From Candidatus Magasanikbacteria bacterium GW2011_GWA2_56_11 (GTDB lineage Bacteria; Patescibacteriota; Patescibacteriia; Magasanikbacterales; UBA922): a stretch of DNA of 64,000 nucleotides. A program made the translations under genes and the position numbers. Positions 33,046 through 41,206 of the stretch are shown here, piece after piece (the first letter of the stretch is position 1; every line of letters starts with the position of its first letter). The DNA is taken from contig LCRX01000014.1 of the NCBI GenBank assembly GCA_001004885.1, forward strand, positions 1,565-65,564, given 5' to 3'. The notes beneath the pieces were generated by a model. It was not told the origin of the DNA, did no database searches, and saw nothing but the letters and a program-made list of their open reading frames with translations.

Positions 33046-33660
33046 TCACAAGCAGTAATTAATCAAAAAAATATCCATCTCTTGATTTTTGGCGATATTG
33101 TTTAAAAAATAAGCCAGTTTGAATCTTAAATTGCCATCCCATATAATATTTTCGATTCTGCACTGGCCGAACTCCGACAAGGTTTCAAATGTAAAACTTT
33201 TTGGAATTTTAATAACTACATTAGGCGTAATGTATCGTTTAGTTAGATTAAACATTTCTCGCGTGCTTGGTTGCGTATCATCAATGTTGTTTGCGTGAGT
33301 AGGAGGATTTACCCCTTGCATATTCCATTCGGGGTCAAGTATTGCCACATCAGCTGGCAAGCTTTTTAATAAATCAGGATCGAGCGCATCGCCAACGATG
33401 AAGTTAGTCCTCTCTTCTACCCCATATAATACAGCGTTCTTTTTGGCGTCCTCTATCCTTGATGGAATTATATCAACGCCACATGCGCTTTTTAAATGTT
33501 TTGCTAATTGCACGACAATCATGCCGGTGGCGCAACATAGTTCAACTGCGGTTTTAAATTGCGCTAGACTTTTGGCTATGTGTTCACCCACAAATTCAGG
33601 GCAGCTCATATCATAAGCATCCCGATCGGAGAATATATTTTTTGTGAATTTTTTCTTCAT
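33046..33660 (-). CDS. SAM-dependent methyltransferase (Tgs1/RsmD-like) cassette
   Basis: VELCCATG, GVDI, FIVGDA and ILDPEW. Confidence 0.75.
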   Translation of the reverse strand: MKKKFTKNIFSDRDAYDMSCPEFVGEHIAKSLAQFKTAVELCCATGMIVVQLAKHLKSACGVDIIPSRIEDAKKNAVLYGVEERTNFIVGDALDPDLLKSLPADVAILDPEWNMQGVNPPTHANNIDDTQPSTREMFNLTKRYITPNVVIKIPKSFTFETLSEFGQCRIENIIWDGNLRFKLAYFLNNIAKNQEMDIFLINYCL

Positions 33661-33690
33661 AATTCAAGTACGCGCTTTTTCCTGGACCCC

Positions 33691-33706
33691 ACACACGCTG
33701 TTATAC
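33691..33706 (-). repeat. half attC-like site
   Basis: Only ACACAC GCT GTTATAC remains; the other arm is missing. Confidence 0.55.
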
Positions 33707-33716
33707 TATGTATCGC

Positions 33717-34337
33717 TCAAACCGTCATCTCTACGGCAAAAAGTTCTTTTCTGCATGTGGTCATAATACCGACATGGCAAGCAGCGACCTTGGTGGCCGT
33801 AAATTTTAACGGCAAGATTTCCTGCCCCGCTGCTTCTTTGGTTCGGATTGTAATGTGCGGATCAAAAGCCTCGAAACTGTGAGACGCTGCGAATTTATTT
33901 ATCCAGTCTGGTTCAGCCACTTCCTCGCCCGTTCTTGAGAAAAGCGATCCTTTCGTGCAGTCATATGAAAAGTATTGTCGAAGCCCGTTCATAAGATTCT
34001 CATGAAGCCGCTGTAATTCAGAGGATTTTCTTGCGCGGACGGCATAGATTTTAGATCCATCGGATTTTTCTGCGTAATATAACTCCGCTAGCTCAACGAG
34101 AATCGGACTAAAGTTTTTTACTATACCTTCGACAATACTTTTCACGGTTTCGAGGCTGTCGTCTTCAATGCCACCCATAGCCAATGACATGTGCGGCAGG
34201 AAATCATCTTTCGCCAGCGGACCCCAAGCCGCATTTCTAGTTGCTGCTTGCTGGTTAATATCAATTATCTTTTCCATTACATCTAGGGGCGGAAGAATGG
34301 CCACATCTATTGCTAACTTTTTAGAGATTGTGTTCAT
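33717..34337 (-). CDS. 2H phosphoesterase (2'-5' RNA ligase-like) cassette
   Basis: Two HxS/T motifs: PHMSL and PHITI. Confidence 0.8.
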   Translation of the reverse strand: MNTISKKLAIDVAILPPLDVMEKIIDINQQAATRNAAWGPLAKDDFLPHMSLAMGGIEDDSLETVKSIVEGIVKNFSPILVELAELYYAEKSDGSKIYAVRARKSSELQRLHENLMNGLRQYFSYDCTKGSLFSRTGEEVAEPDWINKFAASHSFEAFDPHITIRTKEAAGQEILPLKFTATKVAACHVGIMTTCRKELFAVEMTV

Positions 34338-34362
34338 AGGATTACGCAGAGAGAGATACTTC

Positions 34363-34482
34363 GCCTAACGTTCGCGCCGATGCAAAGTTGCTGCGCGGTA
34401 CAATTTAACGCGGGGCGCTCTAGCGCGCAACAATTTGGATGAGCACGCCCACAAGGAGCGAACTGCGCATGCGCTGTTGTAC
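34363..34482 (-). repeat. attC-like site
   Basis: GCCTAAC GTTCGC GC..ATGC...AATTTGGATG...GCATGC GCT GTTGTAC. Confidence 0.8.
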
Positions 34483-34496
34483 GATGACCACTTTTT

Positions 34497-34670
34497 CTAT
34501 TTCTTTTTTAAACCGTTCTTTTGCGCGTAAGCTCGTGCTGCTGCAGCGCTCGAACCGCCAGTATATTTCGGTTTAGTTTTTATACTGGCAGAAACAGTTA
34601 CGCCGTCTGTATCTGTTTCTATAGTTATTGAATTGCCTTTGTTGTCGGAATAAGTTTCGATTTTACCCAT
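34497..34670 (-). CDS. 57-aa cassette protein (not in the ORF track)
   Basis: MGKIETYSDNKGNSITIETDTDGVTVSASIKTKPKYTGGSSAAAARAYAQKNGLKKK fills the space between two attC-like sites. Confidence 0.7.
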   Translation of the reverse strand: MGKIETYSDNKGNSITIETDTDGVTVSASIKTKPKYTGGSSAAAARAYAQKNGLKKK

Positions 34671-34718
34671 ATTGTCTAGATTAAAAGTGATTTAAGTGAT
34701 ATAGAAAAAGTGGCTTTC

Positions 34719-34913
34719 GCGCAACGTTCGTGTGTATGTGAAGTTTTCATCCCGTTTTAACGGAATTACTTTAATTATCAAACACACCTTTTTTAATAAA
34801 CTCCACCCAAATCCTCATCCCTTAAACAGAGAGGATTTAGGTGGAGGAAAATTGGCGCTCTTTAAGGATTTAATTAACGCCAATTTTCCGTGGCCAGATA
34901 TGCGTTGTTATGT
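34719..34913 (-). repeat. attC-like site (long, multi-hairpin)
   Basis: GCGCAAC GTTCGT GTGTAT...ATATGC GTT GTTATGT, with the internal stem GGAAAATTGGCG/CGCCAATTTTCC. Confidence 0.75.
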
Positions 34914-34945
34914 CCTGTAAAAAAAATTTTGCCAAGCTTTTTCTG

Positions 34946-35197
34946 TTATTCTTCAGTGTTTACTCCTACTCCATCATAATATGGCTCATCATCGGCATTG
35001 CAAGATACAAAATTAAGTTCTATACCTCCTTCAAATTTAATAGTAACACCCCCTGAATTATCGAGTTCAAATCCCACTACTACTTTCCCCATTAAAGTCC
35101 CGAGCCGCTTTTCTAATCTCCTCGCGGGTGTATCTTTCTCAACTACCTCCTCAACTACCTCGACTTTTGATATTTCCCTAGGATTTCCTTCAGACAT
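34946..35197 (-). CDS. small acidic hypothetical cassette protein
   Basis: 83-aa ORF bounded by attC-like sites. Confidence 0.7.
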   Translation of the reverse strand: MSEGNPREISKVEVVEEVVEKDTPARRLEKRLGTLMGKVVVGFELDNSGGVTIKFEGGIELNFVSCNADDEPYYDGVGVNTEE

Positions 35198-35235
35198 ACA
35201 TTAATTATTTAATGATTAAAAATTTTTATTATGGC

Positions 35236-35336
35236 GTATAACGTCGTGTGCATGCGATATGGCACAATGATATATTTTACTCATCATTGTGCCATATGGG
35301 CGAGGCTTCAGCCGAGTCGCATGCACGCTATTATGT
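35236..35336 (-). repeat. attC-like site
   Basis: GTATAAC GTCGT GTGCATGC...GCATGCAC GCT ATTATGT, with a perfect 15-bp internal stem ATATGGCACAATGAT/ATCATTGTGCCATAT. Confidence 0.85.
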
Positions 35337-35345
35337 GATGTCGCG

Positions 35346-36041
35346 CTAATTTTTCTGCTCTTTAAAAGAGATATCCTTCATTAAAGTATCAAGTCCATCG
35401 GCCTTGCTGTAACTTACAACCGCTTGGAGGTGATAATCGCCAAATGCATTCGGTACAAAATATTCCAGTCGACTGATTTGCCCCTGGTCAAACATTTTCT
35501 CGAAATAGTCTGTTTTTACACGCAATGCATTTTTGCCATTCACGCTTACTTTTTGCGCGGTGGCATTTTTATTTTCGTAACCAAGCGCCTTTATTATTTC
35601 AGATTCTGACTGGTTAAAGTTAATGCATTCAAAACAAGTAGTGCTGTAATCTGCTGCTGCCGGAGCAAAATCTTTCGTTTCCCACCAAAGTTGCGGCGTT
35701 GATGGAGCATTATCAACGCTTGTATATTTTTCATTTGCAAAGCCAATTTTAAATAGCTTTCCTATGCCGTCTTTGTGTGTCTCATCTGTAAATTTTGGTG
35801 TGCCCCACGAATTGTTATAACAGAAAGAAAGATTTTGCGATTCATACATTGTCCAGTTTTGGGGACATTCTACTTTTGTTTCTGTGCGCTCGACTGTCTT
35901 TTCACTTACAACTCGTGTTGAGGTAATGTCGGGTGCTGTCTCAGCATTTCTATTTTGCCAAAGAAAAATGCCACCGCCTACAACGACGACTGTAACTATA
36001 ACAGCAAGGCCGATTGTCCATGGATTAGTTTTGTACTCCAT
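35346..36041 (-). CDS. membrane-anchored extracytoplasmic protein (PsbP-like?) cassette
   Basis: N-terminal TM, then NWTMYESQNLSFCY and VSVNGKNALRV. Confidence 0.7.
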   Translation of the reverse strand: MEYKTNPWTIGLAVIVTVVVVGGGIFLWQNRNAETAPDITSTRVVSEKTVERTETKVECPQNWTMYESQNLSFCYNNSWGTPKFTDETHKDGIGKLFKIGFANEKYTSVDNAPSTPQLWWETKDFAPAAADYSTTCFECINFNQSESEIIKALGYENKNATAQKVSVNGKNALRVKTDYFEKMFDQGQISRLEYFVPNAFGDYHLQAVVSYSKADGLDTLMKDISFKEQKN

Positions 36042-36099
36042 AATGTTTTGGTTAAGAATTAAACCTACTTTAATGTAAAAGAAAAATTAGCGCAATTTC

Positions 36100-36163
36100 G
36101 CATAACCTTCGCGTCTCATCTACTGTAGAGCGCTTGCGGAATGGCGGGTAGACGCTGTTATGT
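36100..36163 (-). repeat. attC-like site (short)
   Basis: GCATAAC CTTCGC GTCT...AGAC GCT GTTATGT; overlaps the upstream gene's TAA. Confidence 0.8.
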
Positions 36164-36682
36164 GATGTGCATCCCGGAGCCAACATTATTTGAAAAATAG
36201 TCAACACATTCTTTGGTAGATTTTAGAAAAATATCAGGAAAATCAGCTAATTTCTTAAGTAACTCCTCTCTAGAGAACCATTTTATTTGTTCGACTTCTT
36301 CCTTTTGGATTGTAAACTCATGAATATCTTTATCTAACAAGGCAAAATACCACTGTACAAAATGTTTATGTTTACCGTCATTCATTTTATAAAACGCCTT
36401 TTCGAAGTGACAGTTATTTAAACCAATTTCTTCCTCGGCCTCCTTAATGATATTTGATTCATAGGTTTCTCCCTGGTCAATGGTCCCTGCAACGGCAGGC
36501 CCCCATTTTCCGGGGTCATGCTTTTTGTTGAATGATCGTTGGGCTAGGAGGGTGTCACCTTTAGAATTCTGAATCCATAAGGCCGAGACGCGATAGATGT
36601 CTTCTGGTTTCAAAGTTCCTCGCTCTTTCAATCCAATGACGCTATCCTTTTCATCGACAATTATAATTTTTGCCTTACTCAT
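36158..36682 (-). CDS. NUDIX/IDI-like hydrolase cassette
   Basis: LLAQRS..K..PGKWGPAVAG...KEAEEEIG. Confidence 0.88.
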   Translation of the reverse strand: MSKAKIIIVDEKDSVIGLKERGTLKPEDIYRVSALWIQNSKGDTLLAQRSFNKKHDPGKWGPAVAGTIDQGETYESNIIKEAEEEIGLNNCHFEKAFYKMNDGKHKHFVQWYFALLDKDIHEFTIQKEEVEQIKWFSREELLKKLADFPDIFLKSTKECVDYFSNNVGSGMHIT

Positions 36683-36732
36683 ATTCGTTTACAATTCAAT
36701 GCTTTCTTGCGAAAAGCTCCGGGCAGCATATC

Positions 36733-36857
36733 ACATAACGTTCGCGCGTATCGATGTTCACTGGCTGTATAATATCGCGAAGCGGTACAGCCAGCAAATA
36801 TGGGCGGAGGCTTGCGGAGGAACGGAGCAAGCCGTAGCCGCATACACGCTGTTAGCT
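36733..36857 (-). repeat. attC-like site
   Basis: ACATAAC GTTCGC GCGTAT...AATATGGGCG...ATACAC GCT GTTAGCT. Confidence 0.85.
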
Positions 36858-36904
36858 GATGTAAATAAATTCAATGAGCGAAGCGAATATTATTCAGACA
36901 AATT

Positions 36905-37513
36905 TTAAAAAAATCCCAAGAGATTGAAAAACAATCTAACAGAAAAAATGATAATCACTAACGATGCCAGGAAATTGAAACTAGCGATTATTTTTTTGTT
37001 GCCGGTTTTATTGATCGCTGAACCTAGATAGACGACTACAACGAAACAAAGAAATGATCCGATTGACAAAGATAGTGAGTTAGCTATGATTGTTTGAAAG
37101 ATATGCTCTTTTATGTTTAGAAAGGAAGTTGCGACTCCAATAAAATAAACATAAGTAAGAGGAGATAGCGCACAGAGAACCATTCCATTTAGAAAGGATT
37201 GTTTTTCAATCGGGTTGTCACTATTACTTAACTTTCCAAGACTTTTTAGAAAACCTGTTATTCCAACGAATAACATATAGCCGACGCCGACCATTCCGAT
37301 ACCATAATACAGCCAAGGAATTTTTATAAATTGACTGATTCCAAAGTAGCTCAATACAAGAATAATAAAGTTCATTGTCGCTACACCAGATGCCAAAACA
37401 ATCCCTTGGCGTTTTTTACCAAGAAGCGAAGTTTGTAATACTGTTGTTTGAATCACACCTGGGGAGGCGGCGGCGCTAAAACCGATTATAAAGCTTGAAA
37501 GTAATAGTGACAT
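36905..37513 (-). CDS. LysE-family transporter cassette
   Basis: GFSAAASPG and FLNGMVLCALSP; about six TM segments. Confidence 0.85.
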   Translation of the reverse strand: MSLLLSSFIIGFSAAASPGVIQTTVLQTSLLGKKRQGIVLASGVATMNFIILVLSYFGISQFIKIPWLYYGIGMVGVGYMLFVGITGFLKSLGKLSNSDNPIEKQSFLNGMVLCALSPLTYVYFIGVATSFLNIKEHIFQTIIANSLSLSIGSFLCFVVVVYLGSAINKTGNKKIIASFNFLASLVIIIFSVRLFFNLLGFF

Positions 37514-37571
37514 TTTTTAAAATTTGTCTGAATAATTTTTCGGCCACAGCCGAAAAGAATTTATTTATTTC

Positions 37572-37667
37572 AGCTAACGTTTCGGCATATCTGATGTTTG
37601 CCGTAGCGTAGCGGAGGCAAATATGGGTGGAGGCTTTTGTAAAAAGCCGTAACCAGATATGCCGAAC
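37572..37667 (-). repeat. attC-like site lacking the gene-proximal box
   Basis: AGCTAAC GTTTCG GCATATCTG...AATATGGGTG...CAGATATGCCGAAC. Confidence 0.7.
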
Positions 37668-37670
37668 ATC

Positions 37671-38252
37671 TCAATCAATACCTTCAGTTTTTAACAGTGC
37701 TTTAACGCATAACGAGTATTCTTTGTCTTCTTCTGCCTCTGGTTTTATGCTTTCTAATACTGCTTCTTTTGCACTATCTTCTAGCTTTGCACATGCTCCA
37801 ATAACTTTTTTGAGCAAATTGATTCTATCTTGTCGTCTTTCAATTAAAGCTGGGCGGTTTAGGTGCACGCCGCTTTGCTCTTCAATGGTAATTTTTCCTT
37901 TTGTTGAATTATCCTTATGTGCAAAGAAAGCTCCCAATACGACTATATGTGTTTCGGGGTCTTCATCGTATGGATTAAGGATTGGATTTGCTTCATCATA
38001 TTTGTCAGATTTATAGCCGTTGCAACGTGCACAGACGTATCCTAAATTTCCCCAATCAAATTCTAAGCCTGGGAATTTTGACTTTGGCTTTATGTGTTCA
38101 ATGTCACCGTAGTAAGTATGGGATACTTTGCTTTCGCAATACATGCATTTATCATGACTGGCCAAGATGAGAACCGCCTTGTTGTCAGGGTGTTTATAAT
38201 TTGTTCTCAATGCCTCTTGATTTGGGCATTGTGGTCTACTTAGTTTGATCAT
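37671..38252 (-). CDS. HNH endonuclease (PtuB/TIGR02646-like)
   Basis: KCMYCES..IEHIKPKSKFP..FDWGNL..CARCNGYK..ILNPYDEDPETH. Confidence 0.85.
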   Translation of the reverse strand: MIKLSRPQCPNQEALRTNYKHPDNKAVLILASHDKCMYCESKVSHTYYGDIEHIKPKSKFPGLEFDWGNLGYVCARCNGYKSDKYDEANPILNPYDEDPETHIVVLGAFFAHKDNSTKGKITIEEQSGVHLNRPALIERRQDRINLLKKVIGACAKLEDSAKEAVLESIKPEAEEDKEYSLCVKALLKTEGID

Positions 38253-39480
38253 TTGAATTTTCAATTAAGCTGTAAACGGCTTCGGGCATGATTTTCTCTA
38301 GTCCCATTTCCTTTAACTCATTGCGCATTTGAGTAAATTTTTCTTTGGTAATGCTTTCTTTCGAGTATTTTGCGACTATCTCATTCAACTTATCTTCTAC
38401 CCATATTGGCATTGTAAAGGCCACGCCCAAAACTTCATCCAATATTTCCGCCGCTGTCTTTGCTTTATTTATGAAGTCTAGTCGTTCACTGACAATTTTA
38501 TTGTTTTCGTTATATCTCAAGGCGTATACATTTGATTCTTTAACTGAACCAACAATGAGCGGATTATGAGTAGAGACGATAAAGCGTGTATTTGGAAACG
38601 CCCCAAGGAAGTCTGGCAATATTTGCCGTTGCATTGTCGGATGAAGATGATTTTCAACTTCATCTATTAAAACAGTAAAATTGGGATTATCTTTTTCCTC
38701 TGTGGCATAAAAATAAATTTGCCAAGCAAGGTCTATTATTGCGCTTATTCCACCAGATGAAGCATCAATAACAAACTCACCTGATGTACAAATCAGTAGA
38801 ACCTCTGAGTTTCGTATAGCAAATTTTTGAAAACCTAAAGTTTTGGGCAGTACTTTTTTAAGTACCTCTTGAAAACCATTGTAATATTCGAGAAGGGTTT
38901 CATTCGCATCCATATCTTTGTTGCCTTGGCCAAAAATACTCCAGCAAATGAGAGCTTCTTTTATATGAAAACTACTTGGAACGTCATTTCCGCCACCATA
39001 TCTACTTTTGTTACTATTCCAAACTTTATCGAAAGCCTGTTTTTTGTTGATTGTATTTGCGGTTGGAATTTGAGTTACTTTTTGGTATCTGAATATTGAT
39101 CTATGTGAGGGGATGAAAAAGCACTTTACTCCTTGTTGCCCCTCGATTTGCATGTTGTATTGTGCCTCGTTTTGTTCTTTTGGCACCTTCAATATAGCTT
39201 TTTGTCCATCACTATAATTTAATTCACCTTTAGTATCTTTTGGCTCCTCATCTTCCACCCAAAAGGAAGAGAACCATTTCCAAACCTTGGTTTTTATGTC
39301 CTTTTTTGGAGTTGCTAAGGATTTTGCATCCCAACCGCAATGTCTTGCTAAAAGATGCAACAGAGTTGTTTTACCACTTGCATTTGCGCCTGTTAAAATA
39401 GTCAACCGATCATGGAAATCTATTTCGATATTTTCAAATTGTTGCCACTCCGCTGTAATTTTTAATTTTTTGAAATCCAT
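38236..39480 (-). CDS. ABC/AAA ATPase (PtuA-like)
   Basis: Walker A GANASGKTT, signature SSGG, VLIDEVENHLHP and FIVSTHNP. Confidence 0.88.
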   Translation of the reverse strand: MDFKKLKITAEWQQFENIEIDFHDRLTILTGANASGKTTLLHLLARHCGWDAKSLATPKKDIKTKVWKWFSSFWVEDEEPKDTKGELNYSDGQKAILKVPKEQNEAQYNMQIEGQQGVKCFFIPSHRSIFRYQKVTQIPTANTINKKQAFDKVWNSNKSRYGGGNDVPSSFHIKEALICWSIFGQGNKDMDANETLLEYYNGFQEVLKKVLPKTLGFQKFAIRNSEVLLICTSGEFVIDASSGGISAIIDLAWQIYFYATEEKDNPNFTVLIDEVENHLHPTMQRQILPDFLGAFPNTRFIVSTHNPLIVGSVKESNVYALRYNENNKIVSERLDFINKAKTAAEILDEVLGVAFTMPIWVEDKLNEIVAKYSKESITKEKFTQMRNELKEMGLEKIMPEAVYSLIENSNDQTK

Positions 39481-39501
39481 AGATTGATCCTACTGCAAAA
39501 C

Positions 39502-40440
39502 CTATTTTTTAAATTCTCTGAAGTACTTGCCGAATACTTTCTGGAACAAAACTGTTTTTTCATAAAGCCAAGCAAAATATTTTTCTGCTTCGGCTTGGTC
39601 AAATACGCCTGAAACTTCCTTTTTAATTTTTATACGGGAGGCGACGGCCGCATCCACCCATTCGATAGACTCGCCAATTTCTTTTTCAATTTCTGCTTTT
39701 CGTTCGCGTAAAAAAATAAATAAGTCTTTATTTCTGCTGATATAAATCTCACAGCCAATCAAGTTTTCACGAGAGTTAATAGTTAGTGCTACATGGCCGT
39801 CTGAACTGCCCATGCTAACATCGTACCAATGTTGAGGGCGAGGAGTTTGTAGTCGGATTTGGGTGTCGTTTTCTCGTACATAATTTTTGAATTTGTTCCA
39901 AAATTCAAGCTGTTGCAATTTTGTATCAGTTAGCTCGCCATTTGATGGACTTGTCTTAATTGCCTTTGCCCATTCATTTGGACTAACCATAATCTCAAAT
40001 TTTGGCGCAGGATTCGAGCCTTCTATTTGCCAAAGTTCAATTTTTATCAAAAAGAAACCGATATTTTCATCTGTATGTTCGTTAAGCCAATCGATCGCTT
40101 TTTGATGTTCATCGCGTACATCTTTAACAATCCAAATAATTATTTCCGCATCGTATCCCGACGCATAAGTAATAATTTTTCCTAAATGATCGTGGTTGGT
40201 ATCTTCGAGCTGATTTTCGATTATAATCTTTCTCCCTGACGCTTCTTCTTCGGCGAGGATATCAACGCTAAATTTTCCCACGCTCGCTTCGGTTTTGATA
40301 AGTTTTATATCAACGCCTATTTCTTCACTCAAGGCATCAAGATTTTCTTGCTGTGCGAGCCAGTTAGTAAAATCAATGGCTTCGTGACTCCAGACATCGC
40401 GTAGTTCAACTTTATTTAGTTTAGATAGTGATTTTTTCAT
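39502..40440 (-). CDS. PD-(D/E)xK nuclease-like N-terminus plus DUF4268 domain
   Basis: LRDVWSHEAIDFTNWL, VDILA..IIIENQL..HDHLGK and QLEFW. Confidence 0.85.
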   Translation of the reverse strand: MKKSLSKLNKVELRDVWSHEAIDFTNWLAQQENLDALSEEIGVDIKLIKTEASVGKFSVDILAEEEASGRKIIIENQLEDTNHDHLGKIITYASGYDAEIIIWIVKDVRDEHQKAIDWLNEHTDENIGFFLIKIELWQIEGSNPAPKFEIMVSPNEWAKAIKTSPSNGELTDTKLQQLEFWNKFKNYVRENDTQIRLQTPRPQHWYDVSMGSSDGHVALTINSRENLIGCEIYISRNKDLFIFLRERKAEIEKEIGESIEWVDAAVASRIKIKKEVSGVFDQAEAEKYFAWLYEKTVLFQKVFGKYFREFKK

Positions 40441-40608
40441 AGTGTAAATTTACTTACTGTTATTGTATTCGTTTTCCCCTTATAAATAAATCGTTTTCGG
40501 AGCAAAGCGGAGAAAACACCTTATATCCCCTTTAAAAATAAAGAAAAAGAAATTTGAAAATTTTTTAAAACAATTGGGCGATAGCCCAAAAAAGAAAAGG
40601 AATATTTC

Positions 40609-40750
40609 AGCTAATGTTCGCGTGTATGAGAAGTTTCGCCGACTTCCTTACTCTTAATTATAGAGGAGGCGAAATTTGGGTGAAAGAAAAAGTGCAGCCG
40701 CTGAAAAATATTAACGCACTTTTTCTTAAACCTCATACACCCTGTTAGGC
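40609..40750 (-). repeat. attC-like site of the first cassette
   Basis: AGCTAAT GTTCGC GTGTATGA...AATTTGGGTG...TCATACAC CCT GTTAGGC; the minus-strand GCCTAAC contains the TAA stop. Confidence 0.85.
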
Positions 40751-41080
40751 GATGTATTCTTTTTCTTTGTTATCATCTTTATTTTTATTTTTTTCATCAT
40801 AGTACTCATAATTTTTCTTATTGCCCCAAACTCTAAATTTGGCAACCATAAAACCACTGATGATAAGTGCCACTCCTATTTTCCAGTTTATAAAGAGAAA
40901 AATTAATCCTGCGATTACTAATTCTCCAGTAATCACGCTTAATAGAGGATTTGGTCCCAAAGGAAAAACGTGCAATAGCGTGCCAATGATGAAAAGCACT
41001 ATTGATACTTGCCAGTTGAAAAAAATAAAAACGATTGCGGCGATTGCCATCAGATACTTTATTGCGTTTAGAATTTTCAT
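40745..41080 (-). CDS. membrane protein with an internal repeat (first cassette)
   Basis: FIFFNWQVSIVLFIIG / FLFINWKIGVALIISG repeat. Confidence 0.75.
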   Translation of the reverse strand: MKILNAIKYLMAIAAIVFIFFNWQVSIVLFIIGTLLHVFPLGPNPLLSVITGELVIAGLIFLFINWKIGVALIISGFMVAKFRVWGNKKNYEYYDEKNKNKDDNKEKEYIA

Positions 41081-41110
41081 AATTTTATCTTAAAAGAAAA
41101 AGAATATTTC

Positions 41111-41129
41111 ACCTAACTGGCCGTTATAA
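41111..41129 (-). other. attI-like core site
   Basis: Minus strand TTATAAC-GGCCA-GTTAGGT: inverted boxes with a 5-bp spacer and no hairpin, between the recombinase and the first cassette. Confidence 0.75.
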
Positions 41130-41206
41130 CCAATGTTTTTTAATTAACAGCCAAAATTTGTATGATAAACGAATAGATGCTAGGCTTAGGTTACTTTTCA
41201 AAAAAC

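Noticed and set aside
37671-39480. Retron-associated PtuAB
   Set aside because: No reverse transcriptase or msr/msd-like region nearby.
31087-40750. CRISPR array interpretation of the recurring palindromes
   Set aside because: The repeats vary in length and sequence, are separated by whole genes, and no cas genes are present.
41130-41206. Pc promoter or LexA box between attI and the recombinase
   Set aside because: No correctly spaced -35/-10 pair or clear SOS box could be identified by eye.
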